Counted from the first letter of the stretch, positions 13,268-25,690 are shown. The stretch: 64,000 nt of DNA from Lingula anatina (GCA_051362555.1 CM120644.1:18932534-18996533); one strand, 5' to 3'. Numbers and translations are program-made. Notes: generated by a model from the sequence alone, not told the origin.

Positions 13268-13592
13268 TTAATAGCCCGAAGCTCTACCCTCATGACGTAT
13301 CACTTCGGGCAAAACCTTTTGAATATGATCAATGTATTTGACGCACTTACCTTGGTCTACAGTGCGCCAAAATTCCCGTATCCCGTCTGCCAGCTGTTCT
13401 TTCGTCTTTGGCTTCGCTTGGTGCCGAATGTGATATTTCATCTCAGCCCACATCAGTTCTATTGGGTTGAGGTCCGGACTCTCCGGTGGAGTCCGCAACC
13501 AGTTGACGCCGTTTTCCCTCAAGTACTGCATGGTTGCACGACTGGTATGCATGGGTGCGTTATCCTGCATGAAGCGATGGCCTCGGGGGAAC
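13268..13592 (-). mobile_element. Tc1/mariner transposase, C-terminal exon (DD34E-type)
   Basis: FMQDNAPMHTS...WLRTPPESPDLNPIELMWAEMK; splice acceptor tcttttag upstream; possible TA-CAGT terminus near 12648. Confidence 0.9.
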
Positions 13593-14658
13593 CTAAAAGA
13601 ATGCAAGCCAGGGTTAAATATTGTCGGAATATAAACGACACAAAAATCGTTGGTTATAGAGAGATCAGTTGTGAGATAGCGCAGGTGAGCGGCATTCCGC
13701 TGTCGTCAAAGAGCGCAAAAATCGATGATACCAAAAGTGAGCGAGGTGGCGCACTCCAAAGCTGTCACCCTGAGAGGCACAATCTCTGGGACGGTACCCA
13801 AACCCTCGTCAAAGATATCAGGTATGTGTGTCATGGCATGGACCTTGACTGCACCCCTTTCAATATTGGGGTTACTACATCCAAGGACCTGACATTTTGT
13901 CATTTTGGGTCCAACCTTAGCCACTTTTAGGCGAGGCCCCCCCACAGACTCAATCCTAATAGACTGTAAAACGACTATCTTGGTGGGTTTATTTCTGTAT
14001 TTGGGTTACAATATTCTGTCTGAGTCTCTGGTATACTGGTTTCTATCTCTGCACAGTCCCCTTCGTTCTCTTGTCTACAGTTTTCTCAACCTCGGCCGTC
14101 AACCTTGTTTCCTTAACTACTTCCTTCAATCATACTCTGTCAACTGCCGGCTATGGTCAGTTGCTACCTTTTTATCTAAAATGCAGGGAGTTACATGTAT
14201 GTGGGAGGCTGTCCTAAGTCTTATTGGTTACTCTTAGTTTGATGGACAGGTGACTCTGGTCACCTGACTTGTAATTATTTAAGTTTGTTTAATTACAACC
14301 GGTCTCTTGAAGACCTTCCAGTGGAAGAGACGGATAAACTGATTACTAAGTAATGTAACATCCTGGAAGTGCATGTTGAAAAGGCTCGTGCAAGAGTGAA
14401 TTACTGGTGTAATGTTGTGTAGGTGCAATTAACTGATTTGGCTAGATTCAGACCTGACTGGCAAGTTTTCTTGTCTCAGTCATCTGCCACATGGAGTGGT
14501 CACTCACGTTCTTGGCTGAATAGCTGTTTCTTGCCCATTGTTGGTGTGTCCCTCGGCCATCTTCACTGAGTGCTGGTTTAAATCTCTCCAACGATAAAGA
14601 TTTCCAAACAGAATCGTGTGCAAGCTTTCACCAAATTTGTACTGGGTTCTTCAACATA

Positions 14659-14954
14659 CAAATAGCATGACACCAAGAGCATAGTAATCTGCTTTCCACA
14701 AGGCAGGGCAACCCCTAAGTACCCCTACATTTAGTCATTATGCCCATAACTGTATGCTTTTATTGTCTATCTTACCTTCCCACCATTAATTCAAATAGCA
14801 TGACACCAAGAGCATAGTAATCTGCTTTTCGAGAGGCAGGGCAACCCCTAAGTACCTCTAGGGTCATGTTCTTGTAGAGGGTGAAGTTCATTAACTCCAC
14901 CCCATGGATACTCTCCCCAGCCGCATTGAAAGGATGGACGGACCCCAGATCACA
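14659..14954 (-). pseudogene. Protein kinase exon fragment (subdomains VII-IX, exon 14776-14954) with partial tandem duplicate at 14659-14725
   Basis: Canonical acceptor and donor; translation CDLG...(frameshift)...MTLEVLRGCPASRKADYYALGVMLFELMVGR. Confidence 0.7.
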
Positions 14955-15404
14955 CTGTTAGAAAGAAAACATCAGTTTTAAAAAATTGAATAAAGAAATA
15001 AAATATTGCGTTTAAAAATAAGTGTTGGGCATGTCCAAAACATTTATGATTAATTTCTTTAAAAACCTATTTTACTCTAAGGGCTCTTATATCCGCCTTC
15101 AGAAGATTCAAGGTTCTGTTCGATTCACAATTCCCATTTTGGGTTATACCCATGCAGAGAGAAAAGCAATATAAAACCATAGTTTTAAAATATCTACTGT
15201 TTATTTCCCGGGTGTTGCCTGGTTTTATATCTGAAGTATTGGCCTGACAGACTGTGTGGTCACAAATCATCTTAACATTAGATAACTTAAATTCTCCTAA
15301 TGAAACTGGTGCTTAAGTCACAGATCTCTGAAAGGATCCTCACTGTCATCTCTTGCATCAGAAAAACCCAAAAGTCACCCTCCTCATCACTGCTAAACAA
15401 AACA

Positions 15405-15985
15405 TCTGGGACAAAATTGGTTGGACAGGATTCCTCCCCCTTCAACGCGCTGATGATCCCAGTTGTTTGGTTGGACAGGATTCCTCCCCCTTCAACACAC
15501 TGATGATCCCAGTTGTTTGGTTGGACAGGCCAATTCCTCCCCCTTCAACACACTGATGATCCCAGTTGTTTGGTTGGACAGGCCAATTCCTCCCCCTTCA
15601 ACACACTGATGATCCCAGTTGTTTGGAATGACTTGACAACCATTTCGGGGCTGATTTTGTTCCATGCTGACGCCACCCATGCAACAACGTCCTCTTTACT
15701 GGCAGTTGGCAATTTCTCAAACTTTCCCTTTGTTTCCATGGCTGACCGTCGCATGCGCTCCATCAACACTTTCCTCAGGTGTACCTTGAACAGTCTATTC
15801 AAGGACACATGTACGTCTAGGGGCTGGGCCCTAGTTGTACAGCCCCCAGGGATGACAGCCATGGTGGCATTGCCTTTACATGCCACCTCCCTCACTTTCA
15901 CGGTTGTATGGGCAGAAAACACATCCTGGATCATTAGGGCTGGCCGTCTGTCCGTTTAGGGCCGCAGGATGTATTGGAGCCATTA
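15405..15985 (-). mobile_element. pogo/Tigger-type DDE transposase fragment with its 3' end amplified as 54-58-bp tandem repeats (15415-15630)
   Basis: LMIQDVFSAHTT...MAVIPGGCTTRAQPLDV..LNRLFKVHLR...AWVASAWNKISPEMVVKSFQTTGI. Confidence 0.88.
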
Positions 15986-16019
15986 GTTTGAGCTGGGTGT
16001 GGGAGGTTTATAGTGGGAG

Positions 16020-16390
16020 TCATCTTTGGTCCCAAATGTAGTGCAAATGTGGGCTGTCACTCCTCCAACAAAACTTAAGGGTGGCTTACAAATCCCTACG
16101 TGCCTTGTCATAGTGTATGGCAGATATCCGTTGTTATGATTAGGCCAACTGTCCTACTTTCACTGTATATGCTAGATTGTCATCAATTCGCCCATAGTTA
16201 ACAGCTTTAATTGCCAATATGGGGGAGTTGGATGTAGCCCATTGGAATTGATTAATGTTTTCTAACTTAGCCTTCTTGAGCCCACTCCTGATAATAACTT
16301 GTGTTCCTCCCTCATTTCCCACTACTTCCTCAATATTTTCTGTTTCAAAGGCCTGCACAAAATCCATAATCTGCAGTGCTTTAACTGATA
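16020..16390 (-). mobile_element. DIRS-type (tyrosine recombinase retrotransposon) gag-like fragment
   Basis: LQIMDFV...RSGLKKAKLENINQFQW...LAYTVKVGQLA...YDKARRDL*ATLKFCWRSDSPHL resembles invertebrate DIRS ORF1. Confidence 0.65.
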
Positions 16391-18647
16391 TGGTGTTGAA
16401 TAAATAGTTGGTGGGGTTTAAATCTACTCTCTCACCTTAATAGTTTCTGCTTTGAATGTGATAATGCTTTTTTTTTAATTCAGTAGCAAATAAATATACA
16501 GTTTTTGGCTTATGAATCGCACACACACATATAGTACATACATTTACATACTTGGACTCTCTTTCTTTCTCAGTAAAAAAAGGTTGTACAGTTACAGTAT
16601 TGCATAAACGGGCAGAAAGTAGAGATTGACAATTCATGTTGCTAACCTTATAATTGAAATTCTAAGAGGTATATCATTAGCTTGTTAATTGTCAATTAAG
16701 TTGTAATATGCAATCAATATTTTCCCATTTTCTTTTAACATGTTGTTTTTTGCCAGTATACATATATAAAGAACATAAACAAATATTTCTGTAATAATTT
16801 ACATATTGTCTAGTTCCTTCTTATGTTGGGATTTCCGTTTTCGTTCTACATAAACCAATATATTTCTTAATTATTAAGATAAGTAGATAAAAACCTTCTT
16901 TATCATATGCTTGCACAAGCCCGAGTATAAAAATCTCTGGAGATCTCTCAATAACAGTACCTAAATTATCTTTTACGGAACAAATGACACAAGTCCAGAC
17001 ATTCTGTACATGAGGAATGTGATAATACTTAGACTACAACCAAAAATGTCCCTAAAGTTGTTAATTTGTGTTGGAGACAACACTAAAATTTGTCTTCTCT
17101 TGACTGTCAGTTCTTCAACAGTAATGAGGTTAATGTTATTTCTTTTTACAAAACACTTGGTCCTTTTGGATGACCTCTTGTAGGTTTTTGACATGTTTTG
17201 CATCTTGGAACAGCCTTTGCGGGTTGGTGAAATTCACCAGATCTGTACAAATCTTCACATATTTTAAATGTGTCCATTTGTTTGAGCTTTTGTGTGTAGG
17301 CATGTTGGTAATTTTCTGGTCGGTAACAGTCTGACTGTCATTGAAATATGACAAGATCAGATACAAACCAAGTGTCACCTTCAACATTGGGGGTTTGGTA
17401 CTGGTCTTTAGTCTGGCAAGCAATGTCTCATAACTGTTTGGTATGGTCCAGCCAGGGATGGTTGTGAAGAGGGAGAGGCATGGAGTCTTTTAGGAGCATG
17501 ACAACATTTTCCAACTGCACGCATGCCCAAAACACTAGCCCTTTTTATTTAAAAAAATACCCAGTTCTTCTGAGGTCAATGTCCACCCTTCCTCAGACAA
17601 GCTGCCGCAGAACACACATGCCCATTTCAATTCACTTGACCATCCCGCTTGGCACCTTGTTGATTTCTCTGTCAGCCGTACCTCATCCCCAAGCTCAGGT
17701 GGCACTGACGCTTTGTTGCAACTGGCTGCAGTGCCAAATACTGTATCCAGTACAAAAACACACCAGACATCTTCATGACGGAAACTAGTGGTTGACTGGA
17801 CTGTTTTATTTTTTCCAGCACCTTTCTGTATGACATGGTGGCTTCTAGGCAGCAGCTGGCTACATGGGCATGGCTTTTATTAATAAAAAACAGACAGTTA
17901 AAACCAGCGAGAACATCCCTAGCCTTCATCTCATCCACATATGCAACACATGGGATGTGGCAAGTTTTAGGACAAGTGAGATTTACACAGCCAGAGACGG
18001 GCAGGTAATATGATAAGCAGTATTATTACAGTATTATTTCAGTAATGTAACAAACAAATTTGTGAAGAACCATGCTCTAAAATGATATTTTGCTAGCCTG
18101 CAATGTTTGAAACAAATGATTATCTCCCGCAACTGTCATCTTTTTCTTTATTTTGACAGTATTATTATTTATACAAATATATATAACATATATAAATATA
18201 TACATATAAATAAATTTAAAGCATTTTCAAGCTGTTGTATTGATTATGGATTCTTCATGCTGCAGTTCTTTGTCAATTAATAAAATTGTTATGCTTTCAG
18301 TAGTATCACTTAAGAGATTTATATATACACTTGGGTTTTTTCCTTATCTGCTTAGATAATGTGGAAATAGTGTCATGTTATGAAATAATACTGTTGCATT
18401 AAAAATAAATCTGGGTGAATTTGCCAGCTTGATTATATAACAGCATTACTTTTGGGTTGAAAATTGTGATATTGAATTCTAACATACTCACCTGAACCTG
18501 AACAGCTAACAGCACTGTTTTAACACCCACAACAACAAATACTGTAAACTGATCCAGAAAATTTTCTTTAAAGTTTTTACTTTCGATTTTATCACAAAAG
18601 ATCTGAAATAATGTCTTTGTTTAATGAAGCATTATGATTAAGGGTTC

Positions 18648-18826
18648 ATATCTCCTATCACTTTGTTACAGAGCTACATTGGATACACTGTATATATCTC
18701 CTATCACTTTGTTACAGAGCTACATTGGATACACTGTATATATCTCCTATCACTTTGTTACAGAGCTACATTGGATACACTGTATATATCTCCTATCACT
18801 TTGTTACAGAGCTACATTGGATACAA
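18648..18826. repeat. 46-bp tandem repeat, about 4 near-perfect copies
   Basis: tatatctcctatcactttgttacagagctacattggatacactgta repeated. Confidence 0.95.
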
Positions 18827-18839
18827 TGCAGTACACTTA

Positions 18840-19097
18840 GGCTTCGTTCACATGGAAAGTCTATTTTCTAAATTCTATTTTCTATTCGCGGTATGTTTAG
18901 TGATCACGGTCTGTGCCCTGAATGTCCCGCAGCGTAATTACTGGCAGCGCGAGCCAGTTACTATAAGTTACTATAAGTAACTGGCTCGCGCTGCCAGTAA
19001 TTACGCTGCGGGATTTTCAGGGCACAGACAGTGATCATAAGATACCGCGAATAGAAAATAGATTTTTAGAAAATAGACTTTCCATGTGAACGAAGCC
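18840..19097. mobile_element. Almost fully palindromic PIF/Harbinger (Tourist-like) MITE
   Basis: GGCTTCGTTCACATGGAAAGTCTATTTTCTA...TAGAAAATAGACTTTCCATGTGAACGAAGCC; TTA TSD on both sides; arms pair to the centre. Confidence 0.93.
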
Positions 19098-19618
19098 TTA
19101 TTCTTGTACAAAATATAGTTAATGAAAATTTTTTTTTAAATATTTTTTTTCAGCAGTGTCCAACAAGAACTATTAATGTGCCATTTCATGCTAATGCAAT
19201 GGTTTAGCTATAACTGGTGCTATTAATGTCATTTACTTATTATTTCAGCCCCAGCCAGCAGGTATCCCATGTTGGTACATCTCTCTGGCCCGGCTCCTAG
19301 GAGTATTTTTGTTATATTTTTGTATATGATATAATATATAGTATTTGTATATTGTATTTTTCCAGGACTTAGGCCCACTTCAAGGAGGTCCATGCCCAAC
19401 ATTCCTTGATTGTCTTCTAAACAGAGGAGGAAGTTACATGTGGAGAATTCTTAAGATATTCAAGAGAGGCTACAGGTAATAATTAGATAGTTTTTTATTT
19501 TAAATTGACAAAAAACATGTTTTGGTGCTATAAATTTAAATCTTTTGTTTCAAACTGTCAGTAAATAATTGAATAGAGTTGTTTCTGTGGAACACAAACA
19601 GTGTAGGTTGCCCTCTAA

Positions 19619-19859
19619 GGGCCCATTCCCAATGTAACTACTGTTCTATGTAGATAGATCCAACTCCATGGGGACTCACGCTGAATGCAAACAGATTAAC
19701 ATGCCTCCTCCTGGCATTGAATAAAACACAGAAAAAAGCTGGTGATTATACGCGTTTGTGGAAACAAGAGAAGGCATGTTAATCTGATTGTATTCAGCCA
19801 GAATTTCCGTGGAGTTGGAGCAGATATATATAGAATGAAAAGTTTCAATGGAATGGCCC
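19619..19859. mobile_element. Harbinger-type MITE (related fragments at 1-70 and ~34105-34245)
   Basis: TIRs GGGCCCATTCC / GGAATGGCCC with TAA TSD; shared internal gtgttaatctg..attcagc motif. Confidence 0.8.
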
Positions 19860-20197
19860 TAAATCATTATAATAGTGTACAAGGCTACTTCTAAGTTGGG
19901 TTTGTTTTTGGAAAAATTACTGACTGCTGCTTCTTTATTGTAGATTTTTTCTGTTGAGGTTTTGACTATGGTAATTGACTACGCTACTTATTTTGGGAAC
20001 AAATTATTAATGTATTACGTTTGTGTTATGTATGCTTACAAGTTTTTTTATGGGGCACTTTACTATTTCCTTTTCAGCTGGCAGAAGAAAGGGATTAGAG
20101 TTAACAAACATTGTAACTTTCATCACTGGACTGATGGACATTCAGTTTCTGGGATTTCAGCGCCAACCAAAAGTCACATTCTCTTTTTCTAAGGACA

Positions 20198-22397
20198 TTT
20201 TTATGTACAGACACAGATGTGTCTGTACATATTGCCATCACCTGCGTCTGTCGTCGCCGATCATGTCGCCGTCGCCGTCGCCGTGCACTTTCAGCGTTAA
20301 CACGATAAGTGGAGGGCAGTTTTACTTTTTGGCTATATATTTACAGAGCTGACTAATATTCATAAAACGCAGGTCAAGTTCGAAAATCGGCATGATCGGG
20401 CCATTATTGTAGAATTAATGCTGTTTTTTCACTTTTTAGCATATATGCAATACTGTTAACACATTTCAAGGAAAACCGATAGGCCTGTTGTCATGAAACT
20501 CACAGGAGTAATCAATCTTACTGAAACGCAGATCAAGTTCGAAAATTGGCATAATCGGGCCACTATTTTAGCAGTTATGCTGTTTTTTTCACTTTTCAGC
20601 ATATGTGCAACACTGTTAACACATTTCAAAGAAAACCGATAGACCTGTTGTCATGAAACTCACAGGAGTAATTAATCTTACTAAAACACAGGTCAAGTTC
20701 GTAAATCAGCATAATCAGGCCATTATTTTATAAGCTATGCTGTTTTTTCACATTTCCTCAGATTCAATTCTTAGGCATGTTAACAGTCTCATTATTTAAC
20801 TAATAAGATTCATAAAAGTGTTTGTTTGACATTTCCTGCATCTTTACAACATTGTTAGTTGATTATATAAAAATGATGGTAAACTTGTTATCATGTATTG
20901 TATAATAGAGTTTCAAAAATGGAAATAAACTCATATCATTGCATTTTGTCAGATTCATTCATTCACTATGTTCAGAAACTCAGAATGGAGGAAATTGGAC
21001 ATTAAACACTGTTCTATTGATATTTTTCCCATCTCATCTATTTTCTTAGTTGATCATATATAAATGGCAGTAAATTGTTAATTTTGTTATATGTTAAAAA
21101 ATTGTTAAAAATGGAAAAAAACACATTTCAGGACAGTGCTGTCTTGTCTACATTTTGGCATTTTCAGGGTGTGACTTTGAAGTTCCTTGGGCCTGAAGAC
21201 CTTTGCTAAGAACATTTTCTGAATATCCATGATACTAATATTTTATTATTAAAAATCGATGGTAATTATCCTGTTAAACATTATGTAATATTGCATCAAA
21301 ATTTGAAGAAACCCCTATTTTGGACACTGCTCCCATGATGGCCATTTAAGGAAAACCATGTCACTTACTGTTCTCAAACTTACAGGAAGAAACATGGGAC
21401 TTAAATAAAGCTTCAGTGGGCAATGCAGTCTATTTGGTAAATTTTTTTGGCAGTTAAACTGTTTTTTTTTTTTTTTTTTGTGAAAATTTAATTTTTCACA
21501 TATTGGCATTTTCAAGGTGTGACTTAAGAACCTCCACGAGCTTGAAGACCCATGCTAATCACATTTTCTGAAAATCCATGATACGAATCTTTTATTATTA
21601 AAAACTGATGGTCATTATGCTGTTAAGCATTATGTAATATTGCATTAAAATAGAAGAAAACACAATTTTGGGTGCTGCTGCCATGATGACCATTATGGAA
21701 AAACCATGTTACTTATGATTGTCAAACTTTCAAAAAAGAAACAAAGGACTAAAATGCAGCCTGAGTTGGAAAAGCAGTCTAATTGGCTTCTTTTTCTGGA
21801 AGTTATACATTTTAGTGAAATATTCATTTTTATCATGTTGGCATGTTCATTGTGGGACTCTAAGCTCCCATGGACATGAAGCCAAATGGTAATCAAATTT
21901 TCTACATGTCCATGCTATTTATAGTCAATAATCAAAATTGGTGATAATTATTCTGTAATTTATTATGTAATGTTACATCAAAATTGACAAAAATCTTTTT
22001 GCACTGCTACTACAAACATGATGAAAAGAAAACTGTGTTACTTATTATTATTTTCAACTTACAAGTATGATTTGTAGGATTGGCATGCAGTTCAAATAAG
22101 AAAGCCAGCTCAAATGGGATATAATTTATTATTGAATTTAAGCAGTTTTATGTGAAATTTTCATATTTCTTATTCTGGCATTTTCAAAGTGTGAACTTAA
22201 ACTCCCTTGGGCCTGAAGCCTTATGCTTGTTACACATTTCACTTACATTGGTATTACCTGTTGAGCATAATTAAAATTTGATGTTGAATTTGCAGTTACA
22301 CATAATGTACTTTTGCATCAGAATTGACAGTAGCCTGTTTTGTGCATTGTTATTGTCTGCTTTTTGTCTGTACATTTGACAGCTTTGCTGCCTTGTT
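20198..22397 (+). mobile_element. Helentron-associated non-autonomous element (HINE/DINE-like), copy 1
   Basis: T-rich insertion site; 5' ATGTACAGACA..TGTCTGTACAT inverted repeat; (GTCGCC)n microsatellite; ~160-bp and ~345-bp tandem arrays; 3' TGTCTGTACAT subTIR plus GACAGCTTTGCTGCC stem-loop and TTGTT. Confidence 0.85.
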
Positions 22398-23226
22398 TTG
22401 CATGCCCACAGAAAATATAAACTGGTATTGTGTGCACATGCATTGAACTTACAATTGCCCTTGCTATGAGGCGAGAAACATCACAAAAACAACTATTTGA
22501 TTTGTGGGACTTTTCTATCATCACACATTTTGGACTATGTTACACTGAGTGTATTTACAGCTGTTTCTCTGTTAGAATTGGATTAAGATTATTCACTGAG
22601 ATGAACACTTTTTGTGGTGGGGAATGAGAACTTCCAAATGTCAAGTTCAATGGAAAGGGAAAGGTGAAGTTTTTGGCAGGCAACTATATATATATATATA
22701 TATACACACTGTGCATGATGTCAGTCTGTAAACAGTGCCAAGTTGAAATTTTTTTTATTTGATATTTCCTGAAATATGTCTGAATATTACATAAACAGTA
22801 TCTTTTATGAGTACAAATAATACTGTTTAACAAAACGAGAATATAGTGTAAATTATGGATGCAATTTAGGAATTTACTTTGTTCACCTTTGTGAATGTTG
22901 AATGAGACTGTATGTTCTGTCTGGATAATGAAAGTATATATATAGACAGGCTTCTGCCTTGAACTGCCAATACTCTCTTGCAACCTGTGAATACTGCATG
23001 GACTAATACCAGACTGGCAATATAGAGACAGCAAGCTGGCAAATGATACAGTTAAATCCTTCACCTCATGAACATGGTTGGAATAAATAGTATTGGAGCC
23101 AGTGTGGATGACTACACCTGAAGTGCTTTGTTCATGCTGTAAGCTTTTAAAATACAGTATGCATGCAAAGACAGTGGGGAACTCGAGCGATGTCCATGTT
23201 TTTCTCTTTTTAGATGAAGTTAGGCA

Positions 23227-23227
<1 letters not shown>

Positions 23228-23263
<36 letters not shown>
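23228..23263. repeat. (TAA)n microsatellite
   Basis: Directly visible. Confidence 0.95.
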
Positions 23264-23264
<1 letters not shown>

Positions 23265-23759
23265 TCATAATGAAATCAATATGAATTAAGATACTCATAC
23301 AAATTGTGGGATGACATATGCAGTTGTGTTTTGTTAAGTTAACCACTCTTCTAAATTTAGTTAAAGATGAATTAGTAATGCTAGATTTAGGATTCAAAGA
23401 TCCAAGTTGGTATGTGTTATTTTGTAAAATTTATTTTATAAACAAAGTAAATGTACTAAATATTTCACTGTGTTTTTATTTGTTCCTTTTATGGCTTACA
23501 TTTGGCTCAAAACTTCAAAGTGCCCCCTTATACATATTACATACAAACACAAAGTCTAATATTTCTCCAAAAAAGTAATAATCCAGGTGGCTATAAGGTC
23601 ATACTATTATGTTTGGTCAAAAATAAGATTCATTTCTAAATTGAATTATTTTGTAAATATTGTCTCTATGATGTTTTATTCAGAGTTGTTTATTACATTT
23701 TGTAAAACCAAATCCCAAATTGAAAAAAGTGCATGTTTATCCCAGAACGTGTCGAATTA

Positions 23760-24131
23760 TAGCGAGAATTCCCTTGGAGATAGATCGATCTACAGTTAGT
23801 ATGATAGAGTCTGGGAATTGTCCCTAAGTAACAAGTAACGGCTGGTTATTTTGCGGAGGTATAACCATCTGACAGTGTACGGACAGTGTTCTCTGTCATA
23901 CAGGGGTCGCTACTAGGGCTGTATTCCCAGAGCTTTTAGATCGATCTATCCCCGCGGGGAGTCTCACTAGATTACTGTCAGATAATCCGGCTTAAATGTC
24001 CGTCCCGCCTACTACAAGCTGTAAGGGGGTAATTAACTTTCGTGTCCGCTCGGCTGACAGCATTTTAGCGTGAACCCCCAGGGAGTTAGGTCGATCTAAA
24101 GTAGATCGATCGAATCTCTGGAAATGGGGTC
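23760..24131. mobile_element. Two Harbinger-like MITE pieces rich in GATCGATC (half element 23760-23826; element ~23916-24131)
   Basis: 23760-23826 matches 44029-44094; second piece has imperfect TIRs ATTCCCAGAG / CTCTGGAAAT. Confidence 0.55.
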
Positions 24132-25432
24132 TGAGCTATTTAAAATTGCTGAATCGACCCGAATTTTGAGTTAATCAGGCGGAACACGTTCTCTGCCGGA
24201 CATACCCATTGTATTTGTTTGTGAATCCTTTTTTACACCATGGACAAAATTACGAATACGTGTATATGTCCAAATTTACACCAAGGTGTTGAGAAGCGTG
24301 TATCCATCCCTTCTTCTGTAAGAACCTATACTAGAGACCCCTGTAATATCATAGGGTGTATTATTACTCTCTACAAGGGCCACAGATGAGCTCTGAACAT
24401 AAAGCGTTCATTTTCCTTTGTGCCCAATTTTTGTCTGCATGTTTTGGAGGGTAAATCCCGTTTTTTTTGTTTTTTTTTTCAGCACAACCCCGGTGTTTTT
24501 GTGGCGCATTAGCACCCCACCTTTAATGATTACATTTTGATTACAGTTATATTTTCATTACATATTTAAACAGTTAAACCTTGCCGCAAAATCCTCATCT
24601 TCCTCTGTGTGGAGTATTACGGTGACTCCCTTTCTCGTGTAAATATTAAACCTAGCTGACAGGTTTTTCATTCCTCCCGTATTATAAAATAATATTGGCA
24701 TTAATTTTTAATAATTTGTTGACATTAATTGATATGAAATACTTAACAACTTGGCTCCCATGAAACACCTGCTTGTTCTCGCGTGCACGACTAGAAAGCT
24801 TTCTTGCCCAGTTTTGGTTGTGATTGAAATATGTTTTATCGAATTTTTAATAAACCAACAAAATATTTACAAGAGCGAGGTAGCGGTTTGTTTGTGAAAA
24901 AAAGGAATGGACGACGCACATGAAAATGTCTAGAGAGTTGTTTGGTAATATTTTTGTTTACAGTTATATTTTTGTTTCCCATCCACTTATTATCACAGGT
25001 CCTTGCTAATATTTAGCCCCGCAAGAATTAAACTACTTACATAAAACAACAACACGAATGTCACCTTTTATGAAGATGAATTAGTATTTATGTATTTATT
25101 TATTATTTTGCAGAAAGTTGACTTTGACAGTAAAAGAATCTGTCAATACTCCACCCATAATGCCAAAACATTTATTAGAACGTCAAATGTCATATTTCTT
25201 TACTTGAATCTGTTTTTAAATTGGTTTGTTTTCTTCGTTTTACAAAATAGTTTGTAATCTAGAGTATCGTATTATACATGTTGAAGGGTTCAGAAAGAGA
25301 ACTAGTCTTGGAAACAGGTTGTAGATATCCTCTTGAAATATTTTGTAAGTTAATTATTATCCTAACTTCAGATTTGAGCGCCCTCTTTCGGCGTACTCAC
25401 TGTTTCACAGCGAGAAAAATCACAGTGCACGA

Positions 25433-25690
25433 TGATTGACGTTTGTTTATATAACCTGCCAATCAAGCTGTTATTACTTGACAGTAACTATCAAAACTAA
25501 CTGAATATGATTGGCACCTTGTCAATCAAAGGATATAAAAGTTTAAGCTTTGCATGGTCTGAGACTAGAGTGTATTGAATGTGATTGACGTTTGTTTATA
25601 TAACCTGCCAATCAAGCTGTTATTACTTGACAGCAGCTATCAAAACTAACTGAATATGATTGGCACCTTGTCAATCAAAGGATGTAAATA
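25433..25690. repeat. Direct duplication with 149-bp period containing CCAAT/ATTGG boxes
   Basis: tgattgacgtttgtttatataacctgccaatcaagctg...tgattggcaccttgtcaatcaaaggat at 25433 and 25582. Confidence 0.85.

Larger units (their letters stand above)
19366..22545 (+). pseudogene. G2E3-like HECT-domain pseudogene, split by MITE and HINE insertions
   Basis: Exon 19366-19475 LQGGPCPTFL..EEEVTCGEFLRYSREAT; exon from 20078 AGRRKGLELTNIVTFITG..FLGFQRQPKVTF; after the HINE, CTCIELTI...LFDLWDFSIITHFGL. Confidence 0.65.

Noticed and set aside
12949-13341. 130-aa Lys/Asn/Tyr-rich ORF
   Set aside because: Low-complexity A-rich sequence in the 3' region of the Tc1 element
13292-13930. 212-aa plus-strand ORF
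   Set aside because: Antisense shadow of the Tc1 transposase exon; no recognisable protein
18648-18826. Regular repeats (also 6366-6740, 15415-15630 and the ~160-bp arrays) as a CRISPR array
   Set aside because: Units are head-to-tail with no unique spacers, there are no cas genes, and the context is eukaryotic
22684-23397. 237-aa minus-strand ORF, longest in the track
   Set aside because: Runs through (TAA)n and (TA)n microsatellites; a PHD-like Cys pattern in another frame is too weak to call
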